A stretch of 64,000 nt of DNA, taken from contig CAVXKA010000003.1 in assembly GCA_963762255.1 (NCBI GenBank), forward strand, positions 256,001-320,000. The letters are read 5' to 3'. Below the pieces are notes generated by a model. The model saw only the letters and a list, made by a program, of their open reading frames with translations. It did no database searches and had not been told where the DNA came from. Position numbers and translations under genes: made by a program. This document shows, piece by piece, positions 1-9,228 of the stretch (within the stretch, counting starts at the first letter, position 1; each line of letters begins with the position of its first letter). This stretch comes from Candidatus Eiseniibacteriota bacterium (lineage in GTDB: Bacteria; Eisenbacteria; RBG-16-71-46; JABDJR01).

Positions 1-146
1 TTGGTTCCCTCGGCTCCGCCCTCCACACGGCGGTTGTGCTCACCCACCAGGTCGGCGAGATGGATCGCCCCGGCCAAGCCAGCGGGGCCGGCGCCCACGA
101 AAACCACGTCGAGTTCCAGTTCGTCTCGCTGGATGTCGTCGCTCAT
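1..146 (-). CDS. Electron transfer flavoprotein-ubiquinone oxidoreductase-like FAD protein, N-terminal part (runs off window edge)
   Basis: Manual translation MSDDIQRDELELDVVFVGAGPAGLAGAIHLADL contains the GxGxxG FAD motif; GGAGGTGAG Shine-Dalgarno precedes ATG at 146. Confidence 0.7.
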   Translation of the reverse strand, partial: MSDDIQRDELELDVVFVGAGPAGLAGAIHLADLVGEHNRRVEGGAEGT

Positions 147-572
147 CTCACCTCCGTGTGGTCGACGGATGATAGTCGGGGCCGAATCGAGGGGCAACAG
201 GAAGTCGGGCACGGGGACCGGAAGGCCGGCCGGATCTCGCTGGGAGTGGCGGGTCCATCTGTGACTCAGGGCAAGACGCCACGCCGATCTGAAACAGTGA
301 CCAGCAGCCTCCCGAATTTTAAGCGCGTGGCCGCGGATCCAGCGCATACCCCCCCGAGGTGCTATCCTTGAGGTCTCGCGACTCTGCCTGACTGATCGCA
401 ACGTCTCGAACAAGGTCGGTCAGCTTCCGCTCCAGGCGGTTGATTCTGAGCTGCAGGTTCAAGATGAGCACAATGCTAATGACCGTCCAGCAGTATAGGA
501 GCAGATCGGCGCTTCACCCCGATTCCTGGGCCACGGGGTGTCTCGTTTTGACATCTCTCGTGAAGGGGAGAA

Positions 573-1724
573 TCACCGTTGCGGCGTTGGCGGTGGGGAA
601 GCGGCAGGGGATTTCTCCCCGGCATTCATTCTCTCCAAGATGACGTTTCCAATTTCGATCGCGGAGAGCATGTGGGGGATCTCCGTCCAGTGGCCTCCCC
701 CCGCCGCCCGGTAGAGGTCGGCCAGCCCGTCATAGTTCCTGAGCCAAGTGGAAGTATCCAGGTAGACCCCTCCGTCGGGAACGAAAGCCAGCCTCTCGGG
801 GGCAGGGAATGACGGTACCAGGTTCTTCCGGGTGATATCGAGCAGGATCAGATAGGCGCCATGCGCGTTGGCCACTTCGGCGATCCGATTGACGAGCGCC
901 ACGCTGAGATCCTCCTGGTACCTGCCCAGCGACGTATCACCGAACGTCGGAGCCGACCCCGGCAGACCCAGGCCTTCGAAGTTTCGGTCCAGGACCAACT
1001 TCCTGACCAATATTGTCGCCTTCTGGTTCAGGAGCCCGTGCAGGTAGGAGTGCTCGCTCAAGAATCTATACGGCCAGAATGAATTCAGGAAGTCCCGGAC
1101 GCCGATCGCCGGCAGGTACTCCCGACTCTTCAGCGTCAGTTTTCCATTCTCAACCCCGTAGAGGTTCGCTCGGATGTTATCGGTGAGGTCATTCTGGAAA
1201 TAGCCGAGGATGACAACGTCCGGCTGGTACTTGACGCCCTCTTGTTCCAGGAAGACCAGTTCCTCCGCGTTTCCGGATCCCGACATGCCGGCATTTATCA
1301 CTTCGGCCTTTAGGCCATGCTTTTCCAGGTATCGTTCCAGGACGGCAGCATAGGTCTGGTGTTGGTGGACCTCGTAGCCGATGGTGAAGGAGTCCCCCAG
1401 GACGAGCGCGCGCAGCACTCCCTGAGGCTTGCGGTAGTTGAAATCCCGGGTGTTTCTGAAGCCCTGCTTGTTGATCCGGAACTCCCAGCTCCCCTCGGCC
1501 GTCTCGTGTCGGTACTTTGCGTTCGGGACATTCCCGCGGATCTTGAAATCGTTGTACTGGGCGCCGGTGACGTAACGGGGGGAGATCGGTAACTTGTGGC
1601 CATAGCGGATACGTACGATGGTCTCTGCGATGATGAGGGCGATGAGTAGGGATAGGAAGAGCGCCAGGAACTTCTTGAGCACTTCCCGGCCGGGAGAGCG
1701 GGGCGCGCCTGTCTGTGGCGTCAT
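573..1724 (-). CDS. Membrane-anchored SGNH/GDSL hydrolase family protein
   Basis: N-terminal TM helix; LGDSFT block I, NAGMSG block II, FQND block III, C-terminal HW. Confidence 0.85.
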   Translation of the reverse strand: MTPQTGAPRSPGREVLKKFLALFLSLLIALIIAETIVRIRYGHKLPISPRYVTGAQYNDFKIRGNVPNAKYRHETAEGSWEFRINKQGFRNTRDFNYRKPQGVLRALVLGDSFTIGYEVHQHQTYAAVLERYLEKHGLKAEVINAGMSGSGNAEELVFLEQEGVKYQPDVVILGYFQNDLTDNIRANLYGVENGKLTLKSREYLPAIGVRDFLNSFWPYRFLSEHSYLHGLLNQKATILVRKLVLDRNFEGLGLPGSAPTFGDTSLGRYQEDLSVALVNRIAEVANAHGAYLILLDITRKNLVPSFPAPERLAFVPDGGVYLDTSTWLRNYDGLADLYRAAGGGHWTEIPHMLSAIEIGNVILERMNAGEKSPAASPPPTPQR

Positions 1725-1796
1725 CCATGAACCCCTTTCTTCATGCCCTAACCATGAGATGTCGAGAGGATCTTCCGATGGAAGCCTCTCGATGGC

Positions 1797-1955
1797 CTAG
1801 AACAGCGCGTAGATGAAGGGCGCGACCGCGCTGCTCTCCGTGAAGACGATCAGCACCGCCAGAAGGCCCAGGACGAGCACGATCGGCATGAGCCAGTACC
1901 GCTTACGGTGTCTGAGGAACTGAAAGAACTCCCACAGGAATGACTGATTGGCCAT
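1797..1955 (-). CDS. Small membrane protein, DUF5989/SxtK-like (52 aa, below ORF-track cutoff)
   Basis: MANQSFLWEFFQFLRHRKRYWLMPIVLVLGLLAVLIVFTESSAVAPFIYALF; RK.YW..P and APFIY.LF signature; AGGAGG SD upstream. Confidence 0.85.
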   Translation of the reverse strand: MANQSFLWEFFQFLRHRKRYWLMPIVLVLGLLAVLIVFTESSAVAPFIYALF

Positions 1956-1965
1956 GACATCCTCC

Positions 1966-2367
1966 TTAATAGCGTCGCTCGAAACGGTCAGTTGGCTGAG
2001 CCGGTTCGTGCCGCGTCACCCAGTAGGTCGCGGCCTTCCGGGAGGGATGCCGGGGGATGGGTGAACCGCCAAAGAGCTTCTTGAGAATCCCGAACGGGGT
2101 GATGACGAGGTAGAACGCAGCGGTCAGCATCACGAGGGTCAGCACCCGGCCGACGGCATGGGTGAATCGAAGGTATCGCTCGTAGGCGGGACGCAGAAGT
2201 GCCGGCAGGAGGTAGAACGCCAACCCGAGGGTCGCCAGCAACCCAAAAAATGCTTGGCCGAACGGCTTGTCCCGCCAAACTGCCAGCATGCACAGGCACC
2301 CGAAGAAGACGAAGGCCGTCGCTCCAAAGCGCCGGACCTTGAGGACCTCAGTCGAGCTCGAACTCAT
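1966..2367 (-). CDS. SxtJ-family membrane protein
   Basis: RRFG start, several TM segments, FYLVITPFG..TYW..C-terminal ERRY; lies between the carbamoyltransferase and the SxtK-like gene. Confidence 0.8.
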   Translation of the reverse strand: MSSSSTEVLKVRRFGATAFVFFGCLCMLAVWRDKPFGQAFFGLLATLGLAFYLLPALLRPAYERYLRFTHAVGRVLTLVMLTAAFYLVITPFGILKKLFGGSPIPRHPSRKAATYWVTRHEPAQPTDRFERRY

Positions 2368-4162
2368 CCCGCCAGTCCTTTCTCTCTTCCCAAGCCGGCT
2401 GCGCGGTCTTCTGCAGGATGAAATCCTCCAGAACCAGCACATCCATTTCCGTGCGCATGAAACAGCGGTACGCGTCCTCTGGGCTGCGGACGATCGGTTC
2501 TCCGCGCACGTTGAAGCTCGTGTTGACGATGACCCCACAGCCGGTGAGATCCCGGAAGGCGGAAATCACCTCGTGGTAGTCGGGCTTGTCCCGCCGGTCG
2601 ACCGTCTGGAGCCGGGCCGAGTAGTCCAGATGGGTCACTGCGGGTATGTCGCTCCTCTTGTTGTTGAGCCGTTCCATTATGCTCAGATGATCCCCGGAGG
2701 GCTGCGGCAGGCGCCGATCCTCGCGAACCATGGCCACCAGGAGCATGTACGGGCTCCCCCGATCGATGTCGAAATACTCGGAGGCGCACTCCACAAGGAC
2801 GGACGGGGCGAAGGGGCGGAACGACTCTCGGTACTTGATCTTCAAGTTCATGACCTTCTGGGTGTCCTCCCGTCTCGGATCCCCCAAAATGCTTCGGGCC
2901 CCAAGGGCCCGTGGTCCGAATTCCATCCGTCCCGCGAAGTAACCGACGATCTTCCCTTCCGCCAGCTCGGCAGCGATGATCGCCGCCCGCTCTCGCGGTG
3001 CCATCTCCCGGTAGGGCAAGCCCCGGACTTCGAGGAAGCCGCGGATCTCCTCCGGGCTGAAGGCGCATCCCAAATACGATCCGCTCTGGCGATCTCTGCC
3101 GCCCGGGTCGGGCCTCGGGTTGCCGAGGTAGCGGTGCCAGACGGAGAGGGCGGCTCCGAGGGCCCCACCGGCGTCGCCGGCGGCCGGCTGGATCCAGATA
3201 TCCTCGAACGGTGTCTCGCGCAGGATGCGCCCGTTGGCCACGCAGTTGAGGGCGACCCCCCCCGCCAGGCAGAGGTGCTTGAGGCCGGTTTCCCGATGCA
3301 CGTGGTGTGCCATGCGCAACAGGATCTCCTCGGTCACTGCCTGGATGCTGGCGGCCAGGTCCATCTCCCTCTGGGTGATCTCGGCTTCGGGATTCCGGGG
3401 AGGCCCGCCGAACAGATCGTCAAATCTCCGGTTGGTCATGCGCAGGCCGCCGAGAAAATCGAAGTAGTAGAGGTTAAGGCGCAGAGAGCCGTCTTCTCTG
3501 ATGTCGATAAGCTCCCGCAAGATGAGATCCCGGTAGCGGGGCACGCCGTAGGGCGCCAGTCCCATGAGCTTGTACTCACCGGAGTTGACCTTGAACCCGG
3601 TGAAGTAGGTGAACGCGGAGTAGAGGAGTCCCAGGGAATGCGGGAAGTGAAGCTCTTTGAGGAGCACGAGCTCCGAGCCCTTTCCGTAGCCGTAGCTGGC
3701 GGTGGCCCACTCTCCCACACCATCGATGGTCAGGATAGCGGCTTCCGGGTAAGGGGATGGGTAGAACGCCGACGCGGCGTGCGACTCGTGATGCTCCGTG
3801 AACAGGACGCTTCGGCTGTAACCGAGCTCGCGCTTCACGACGTTGGCCACGTGGAGCTTCTGCCCCAGCCAGAGGGGCATGGCCTGGAGCCAGGACCGAA
3901 GCCCCCGGGGCGCCACGGTGAGGTAGGTCATGAGCAGGCGTTCGAAGGTCAGGAAGGGCTTGTCGTAGAAGGCGACGAAATCGAGGTCCTCGACCCGGAT
4001 CTTCCCCTCCTCGAGGCAATACTTGGCCGCGTTCGTCGGAAATCGCGGGTCATGCTTCCTGCGGGTGAACCGCTCCTCCTGGGCGGCCACGACGATTTCG
4101 CCGTCCCGGACGAGGCAGGCAGCGCTATCGTGATAGAAGCACGAGATTCCCAGTATGTTCAT
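2348..4162 (-). CDS. O-carbamoyltransferase (NodU/CmcH/SxtI family)
   Basis: MNILGISCFYHDSAA, EERF.R.KH, HHESHAASAF, GEYKLMGLAPYG, GGVALNC, EFGPRALGARS, NTSFN..GEP. Confidence 0.95.
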   Translation of the reverse strand: MNILGISCFYHDSAACLVRDGEIVVAAQEERFTRRKHDPRFPTNAAKYCLEEGKIRVEDLDFVAFYDKPFLTFERLLMTYLTVAPRGLRSWLQAMPLWLGQKLHVANVVKRELGYSRSVLFTEHHESHAASAFYPSPYPEAAILTIDGVGEWATASYGYGKGSELVLLKELHFPHSLGLLYSAFTYFTGFKVNSGEYKLMGLAPYGVPRYRDLILRELIDIREDGSLRLNLYYFDFLGGLRMTNRRFDDLFGGPPRNPEAEITQREMDLAASIQAVTEEILLRMAHHVHRETGLKHLCLAGGVALNCVANGRILRETPFEDIWIQPAAGDAGGALGAALSVWHRYLGNPRPDPGGRDRQSGSYLGCAFSPEEIRGFLEVRGLPYREMAPRERAAIIAAELAEGKIVGYFAGRMEFGPRALGARSILGDPRREDTQKVMNLKIKYRESFRPFAPSVLVECASEYFDIDRGSPYMLLVAMVREDRRLPQPSGDHLSIMERLNNKRSDIPAVTHLDYSARLQTVDRRDKPDYHEVISAFRDLTGCGVIVNTSFNVRGEPIVRSPEDAYRCFMRTEMDVLVLEDFILQKTAQPAWEERKDWRDEFELD

Positions 4163-4354
4163 GTAGCATCCTCGAAGAGCTGCCAGCCGAAAGCGAGGCT
4201 GAGTTGCCAAAACAATCATAGCATCGTCACATGACTTGCCTAGACGAATTCGAGGTTGGAACAATTATAGTTTATCATATTGAGTCCGGTTGACTGTGTC
4301 CACCCGGAAATCCCGTAGAACATCGGGGACCGATGCCGGCCCAGAGAGACGACC

Positions 4355-5602
4355 ATGCACGAGAGCGACCGCTTGATCCTCCACCGGGCCCATTGGGTGC
4401 TCCCGGTGGTCATCCCGCCGATCCACGACGGCGCGGTGGCACGCCGCGGCGAAACAATCGTTGACGTGGGACCCGCCCACGACGTCCGATCGCGCCACCC
4501 CGGCGCGGAAACCGTAGACCTCGGCGAGGCGATCCTTCTCCCCGGTCTCGTGAATGCCCACACCCATCTCTCGCTGACCGCGCTCGCCGGCGCGGCGCCG
4601 CGCGGCACGGGGTTCCTGGACTGGCTCGGATACACGGCACAGGCGGCGCGAGCGCTCGACGCGGACGCGGTACGCCGATCGGTGTGCGCGGGACTCGATG
4701 AATCGTTCCGTCTCGGCACCGCGCTCGTGGGCGACATCGCCACGCGGACCGAGGGCGTCGAGGACATCCTCGCCCATCCGGTGATGCGCGCGCGGATCTT
4801 CTTCGAGTCTCTCGGAGTGAGCGAGCCGCGGGCGCGGGAGCGCCTCGACGACGCCAAGCGCCGCGCTCTCGCGCTGCGCGACGAGGCCGCGGCCCGCGGT
4901 CTCGACCGCGTGCGCGCGGGACTCTCGCCACACGCGCCGTACTCCGTGTGGCCGTCGCACTGGAGCGAGGCGGCGGCTTTCGCGCGAGCGCACGATCTCC
5001 TTTGGTCGAGCCACATCGCCGAGTCCCCCGACGAAGTCGAGTTCCTCACTCGAGGTACCGGCCCGCTCCGGGACTATCTCGTCGCGCTCGGCGTATGGGA
5101 TGGAACGTTTCCGGTGCCGGGACGGCCGGCGATCGATCTCCTCACGGATACGGCGGCCCTCGACGAACGCGCGCTTCTCGTGCACGCGATCCACCTCGAT
5201 GAGGAGGCGATCGCGCGGATCGCGGCGAGTGGGGCCTCGGTGTGTCTCTGTCCACGCAGCAATGCCTACCTGGGGCTGCCGCCTCCGCCGGTGGAGGTGC
5301 TCATGCGCCATGGGACAAAGCTCTGCCTCGGCACCGACGCCAAGGCCAGCAACGACGACCTCAGCGTGTGGGCGGAGATGCGGGCGCTGGGGAGGATCGC
5401 GCCCCACATCCCCGCGCGGCGCCTGGTGGAGATGGCCACCTCGAGCGGGGCGCGGGCGCTGGGCTTCAGCGGACTGGCTGGGACAATCCGCCCCGGCGAC
5501 CGGTCTCCTCTGCTGACGGTCAAGAGCAACGGAGATCGAGTCGATGATCCTTGTCTGTTCCTCACGCGGGAATCGGTCGAAGAAGGGGTGCTCCTCCTGT
5601 GA
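4355..5602 (+). CDS. Metal-dependent amidohydrolase (nucleoside or aminodeoxyfutalosine deaminase-like)
   Basis: PGLVNAHTH, PHAPYS, HIAES..E, LVHAIH, LGTD motifs. Confidence 0.85.
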   Translation: MHESDRLILHRAHWVLPVVIPPIHDGAVARRGETIVDVGPAHDVRSRHPGAETVDLGEAILLPGLVNAHTHLSLTALAGAAPRGTGFLDWLGYTAQAARALDADAVRRSVCAGLDESFRLGTALVGDIATRTEGVEDILAHPVMRARIFFESLGVSEPRARERLDDAKRRALALRDEAAARGLDRVRAGLSPHAPYSVWPSHWSEAAAFARAHDLLWSSHIAESPDEVEFLTRGTGPLRDYLVALGVWDGTFPVPGRPAIDLLTDTAALDERALLVHAIHLDEEAIARIAASGASVCLCPRSNAYLGLPPPPVEVLMRHGTKLCLGTDAKASNDDLSVWAEMRALGRIAPHIPARRLVEMATSSGARALGFSGLAGTIRPGDRSPLLTVKSNGDRVDDPCLFLTRESVEEGVLLL

Positions 5603-5665
5603 GAGACCTTGCCTCGCAGTGCCGAGAGTTTGCTAGACTGAATCGCTGGATTTTCAACATGTTCA

Positions 5666-6865
5666 ATGACTTGCGGAAGGAGTTCCCCCTTGCCTGAGAT
5701 CTCCCTGGTGATGCCCTGCCTCAACGAAGAGGAGACCCTCGGTATCTGCCTCGGCAAGGCTCGCGACACCATCCAAAAGCTCGGCCTCGATGCCGAGATG
5801 GTGGTGGCCGACAACGGCTCCACCGACCGCTCGGTGGAGATCGCCGAATCCTACGGCGCCCGCGTGGTGCACCAGCCGCGGAAGGGGTACGGCAACGCCT
5901 ACCAGGCCGGGTTTGCCTCCGCCCGCGGGAAGTACTTGGTGATGGGCGACTCGGACGACTCCTACGACTGGACGGATGTCGGCCGATTCATCGAACCTCT
6001 GCGCCGGGGCAACGACATGGTGATGGGGACCCGGATCAAGGGAACCATCGAGCCGGGGGCCATGCCCTTCCTGCATCGCTATCTCGGTACCCCGGTGCTG
6101 ACCGCGGTGCTCAACATCCTCTTCCGGACCGGCGTGTCCGACGTGAACTGCGGCATGCGCTCCTTCACTCGCGAGGCTTACGACCGGATGCACCTTCGCG
6201 CCTCGGGGATGGAGTTCGCCTCCGAGATGATGATCAAGGCGGGGAAGGCGCGGCTCAAGGTCGCCGAGATCCCGATCACGCTCCACAAGGACAAGCGCAC
6301 CCGCAAGCCGCACTTGCGCACCTGGCGCGACGGCTGGCGGCATTTGCGATTCATGCTCATGTACAGTCCGGCCGGACTCTTCCTCGTGCCAGGGTTCGTC
6401 CTGCTGGCGCTGGGCCTCATCCTGCTCGTCGTGCTCTATCCCGGCCCCGCGCACGTCGCCGGCCGCGAGATCGACGTGCATTCGATGCTGCTGGGAAGCC
6501 TGTTGACCATCCTCGGCGTGCAGGTCATCACGACGGGACTCTTCGCCAAGGTCTATTCCTACGAGCGTCACTTCGACGCGCAGGATCCTCTCCTGCGCGG
6601 CCTCGCCCGCCATTTCAACTTGGAGCGGGGGCTCATCCTGGGGCTGCTGATTCTCTTCGCCGGGTTCGCTCTGGACGTCGCGGTAGCCGTGCAGTGGATT
6701 CGCAGCAGCTTCGGTCCTCTCAACGCGATGCGTCAGGCGATCGTGGGGAGCACCCTGCTCGTGGTTGGGGCGCAGATCCTCTTCTCGTCGTTCTTCCTGA
6801 GCATGCTCTCGGTGCAGGTGGCCGAGCTCAAGGAGAAGCCCGCGGCGGCGATTCCTCCGTCTTGA
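5666..6865 (+). CDS. GT2 glycosyltransferase (DPM1-like) with C-terminal TM helices
   Basis: MPCLNEE, DNGSTD, GYGNA, DSD motif, GMEFASEM, HLRTWRDGWRH; start codon uncertain. Confidence 0.9.
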   Translation: MTCGRSSPLPEISLVMPCLNEEETLGICLGKARDTIQKLGLDAEMVVADNGSTDRSVEIAESYGARVVHQPRKGYGNAYQAGFASARGKYLVMGDSDDSYDWTDVGRFIEPLRRGNDMVMGTRIKGTIEPGAMPFLHRYLGTPVLTAVLNILFRTGVSDVNCGMRSFTREAYDRMHLRASGMEFASEMMIKAGKARLKVAEIPITLHKDKRTRKPHLRTWRDGWRHLRFMLMYSPAGLFLVPGFVLLALGLILLVVLYPGPAHVAGREIDVHSMLLGSLLTILGVQVITTGLFAKVYSYERHFDAQDPLLRGLARHFNLERGLILGLLILFAGFALDVAVAVQWIRSSFGPLNAMRQAIVGSTLLVVGAQILFSSFFLSMLSVQVAELKEKPAAAIPPS

Positions 6866-8318
6866 TGATGCGGTAGGTCGCGGCGATCAGTCCCATGAGC
6901 ATCCAGGGGAAATACTGATAGCTCGGGTTGCGCAGGTAGTCGATCTTGTACTGGTCGAGCAGGAAGGCCGCCAACATCACGTGGAGCACCACCATGAGGC
7001 TCTTCGCGTAGGAGACTTCGTGAAGGCCCCGCCCCTTGCTGCGCGCGGACAGGTAGAGGAGCCTCAGCGCAATGAAGAGGAAGGCGCTTAGACCCAGCAA
7101 TCCCACCGTGTGTGCGTAGTAAATGTACTGGTTGTGCGGCCACAACCACGTGTGGAGGCCCTTACCGGTGATACTGCCGCTCGTGCCGAGGTCGTAGTGT
7201 GGGCCGGCGCCCACCCAGGGATGCAGCATCGCCCGCTTCCAGAGCACGCCCCAACCCACGCGGCTATCGGGGACCATCCCCACGAAGTAGGTGCTCATCA
7301 TGCGTTCCACGATGGAGCCAGCCCGAGTGAAGCTGGTGAGCACGGTTTCCAGGATTGTGAACGCCGCAACGCTCACCAGCGCGATGCTCACAAAATCCCG
7401 GAACTTCAGACTCTTCCGGATCGACCAGAGCAGGTAGAGCCCTCCGGCCACGAAGGAGATTATGGCTCCACGGGTGACGGTCGCCAGGATCATGGCCACG
7501 GCGAGGACGGACAGGACCGCTCCGAAGAACCGCTCGTTTGGCGTACGAGCCCTCACCGTTATGAAGAGGGCGAGGAAGGTCCCCAAGGCCATGAATTCGC
7601 CGAACAACTCGTAGTCCTGGAAGGGCCCGCTCACGCGGACGTTCGTCGTCATGAACTCGTCATTCCTGATCGCGAGAATCCACCCCGGAATGAGGGGGCG
7701 ACCCGGAACGATGAGCTCGAATGTCCCGATCGCGATCGAGAGTAAGAGAGTGATCGACAGGGCCTGCATGAAACGCCGCAAGTCGCTCTCATTGCGGATG
7801 AAGCTCGCGGTGAAGTAGAAGAGAATGAAGGAGCTGAGGACACCGAACACTTTCTGGATTGCGGGGAACAGGAACGCCGGATTCTCGATGTTGTAGAAGG
7901 AGAGGATGTAGCAGGCGGCGAGCGCACCGATGCCTGCATCCACCGGCGTCCGGGCGACCGGGTCCACTTGGTGGAGGACCAGGCGGGCAAGATACACGAG
8001 CGTGACCAAGCCGATCAGAACGACAGTGCTCATGCCCATGAAGAGGGAGAACGGAATAATCCAGAGTACAGCGATGAGACAAAGAGCGTATAGGGGTTTG
8101 GCCCGATAGGCAACGATGAAGAGCACCACGCCCGCCGTCGCCTTGATCACCCGAGTATTGGGGGCGATGATCTGCCCGGAGAGCAACCAGGCGAGCAAGA
8201 CCGCCAGACCGATCTTGCCCCAGGGAAGCCCGATCAACCCGCGCAGGCGCGAACCGGCGCGATCCCGCCAGGAGAGGCGGTAGCTGGCGGCTGCGTCGAT
8301 ATCGTTCCAGGAGCGCAT
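6828..8318 (-). CDS. O-antigen ligase/Wzy-like polytopic membrane protein
   Basis: About 12 TM segments, RVSGPF, T.TRGA, HPWVGAG and PHN..I motifs. Confidence 0.8.
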   Translation of the reverse strand: MRSWNDIDAAASYRLSWRDRAGSRLRGLIGLPWGKIGLAVLLAWLLSGQIIAPNTRVIKATAGVVLFIVAYRAKPLYALCLIAVLWIIPFSLFMGMSTVVLIGLVTLVYLARLVLHQVDPVARTPVDAGIGALAACYILSFYNIENPAFLFPAIQKVFGVLSSFILFYFTASFIRNESDLRRFMQALSITLLLSIAIGTFELIVPGRPLIPGWILAIRNDEFMTTNVRVSGPFQDYELFGEFMALGTFLALFITVRARTPNERFFGAVLSVLAVAMILATVTRGAIISFVAGGLYLLWSIRKSLKFRDFVSIALVSVAAFTILETVLTSFTRAGSIVERMMSTYFVGMVPDSRVGWGVLWKRAMLHPWVGAGPHYDLGTSGSITGKGLHTWLWPHNQYIYYAHTVGLLGLSAFLFIALRLLYLSARSKGRGLHEVSYAKSLMVVLHVMLAAFLLDQYKIDYLRNPSYQYFPWMLMGLIAATYRIIKTEESPPRASP

Positions 8319-8547
8319 GTTTGAGATCCGTTCGGGTCCTTATCGGTCCCCGAGGGGACAGTCTTTACCGCACCACCCCGACAGTCAGGAAAAGCCTAGC
8401 CCCCACTGGGGTTCCAGGCAAGATCAGCCCCGATCCCCCTCCGAAGTTGCAGGATCGGGGGCCGGAGTGTACCATCCCCCAGCTTTTGCCCGCCGGGGTC
8501 TCCCCGGCGTTTTCGTGAGCGAAACAACCCTAGACTCTGGAGCAGCG

Positions 8548-9228
8548 ATGGACCCCAAGGAGCGAGCGGGCCGCAAGGCGGCTGAGTACGTGAGGGACGG
8601 GATGGTGGTGGGGCTGGGCACCGGAAGCACGGCGTCGTGGGCGGTGCGCGCCCTCGCCGAGCGCGTCAAGAGCGGTGATCTGAAAGACATCCAGTGCATC
8701 CCCACGTCGAGCCAGACGCGTCAGCTCGCCGATGAGGTGGGGCTCTCGATTCGAGGGCTCGAGGACGTCGATTGGGTCGACCTCACTATCGACGGCGCCG
8801 ACCAAGTCGATGGCAACCTCAATCTCATCAAGGGGGGCGGCGGCGCGCTCCTTCGCGAGAAGGTGGTGGCCTTCAGCTCCGGCGAGGTCATCATCGTGAT
8901 CGACGAGTCCAAGCGTACCAAGTACCTCGGGCAGGGAGTGCCGGTGCCGGTCGAGGTGATCCCGTTCGCGGAGGCGGTGGTCCGGTCGGCGCTGAAGAAC
9001 CTGGGCGCCGAGGTGGAACCCCGCATGGACGGGGACGACCCCTTCATGACCGACAACGACAACTTCATCCTCGACTGCATGTTCCATTCACCCTTCGATC
9101 CCAAGCGGATGGAGCGCGAGATCAAGCGCATTCCAGGGGTGGTTGAGAGCGGGCTCTTCTGTGAGATGACCGATCGGCTGATCGTCGGGCAGCCCAGCGG
9201 CGATCCCAAGGTCATCGACGCGGTCTGA
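8548..9228 (+). CDS. rpiA: Ribose-5-phosphate isomerase A
   Basis: GLGTGST, DGADQVD, IKGGGGALLREK, VPVEV, TDNDNFILD, IPGVVESGLF. Confidence 0.95.
   Translation: MDPKERAGRKAAEYVRDGMVVGLGTGSTASWAVRALAERVKSGDLKDIQCIPTSSQTRQLADEVGLSIRGLEDVDWVDLTIDGADQVDGNLNLIKGGGGALLREKVVAFSSGEVIIVIDESKRTKYLGQGVPVPVEVIPFAEAVVRSALKNLGAEVEPRMDGDDPFMTDNDNFILDCMFHSPFDPKRMEREIKRIPGVVESGLFCEMTDRLIVGQPSGDPKVIDAV

Noticed and set aside
150-570. Small ORFs or an RNA gene in the ETF-QO upstream spacer
   Set aside because: No motifs, SD-linked start or convincing structure seen
573-4162. Saxitoxin biosynthetic cluster
   Set aside because: Only the widespread I/J/K/L-like genes are present; no sxtA, sxtG or other core genes
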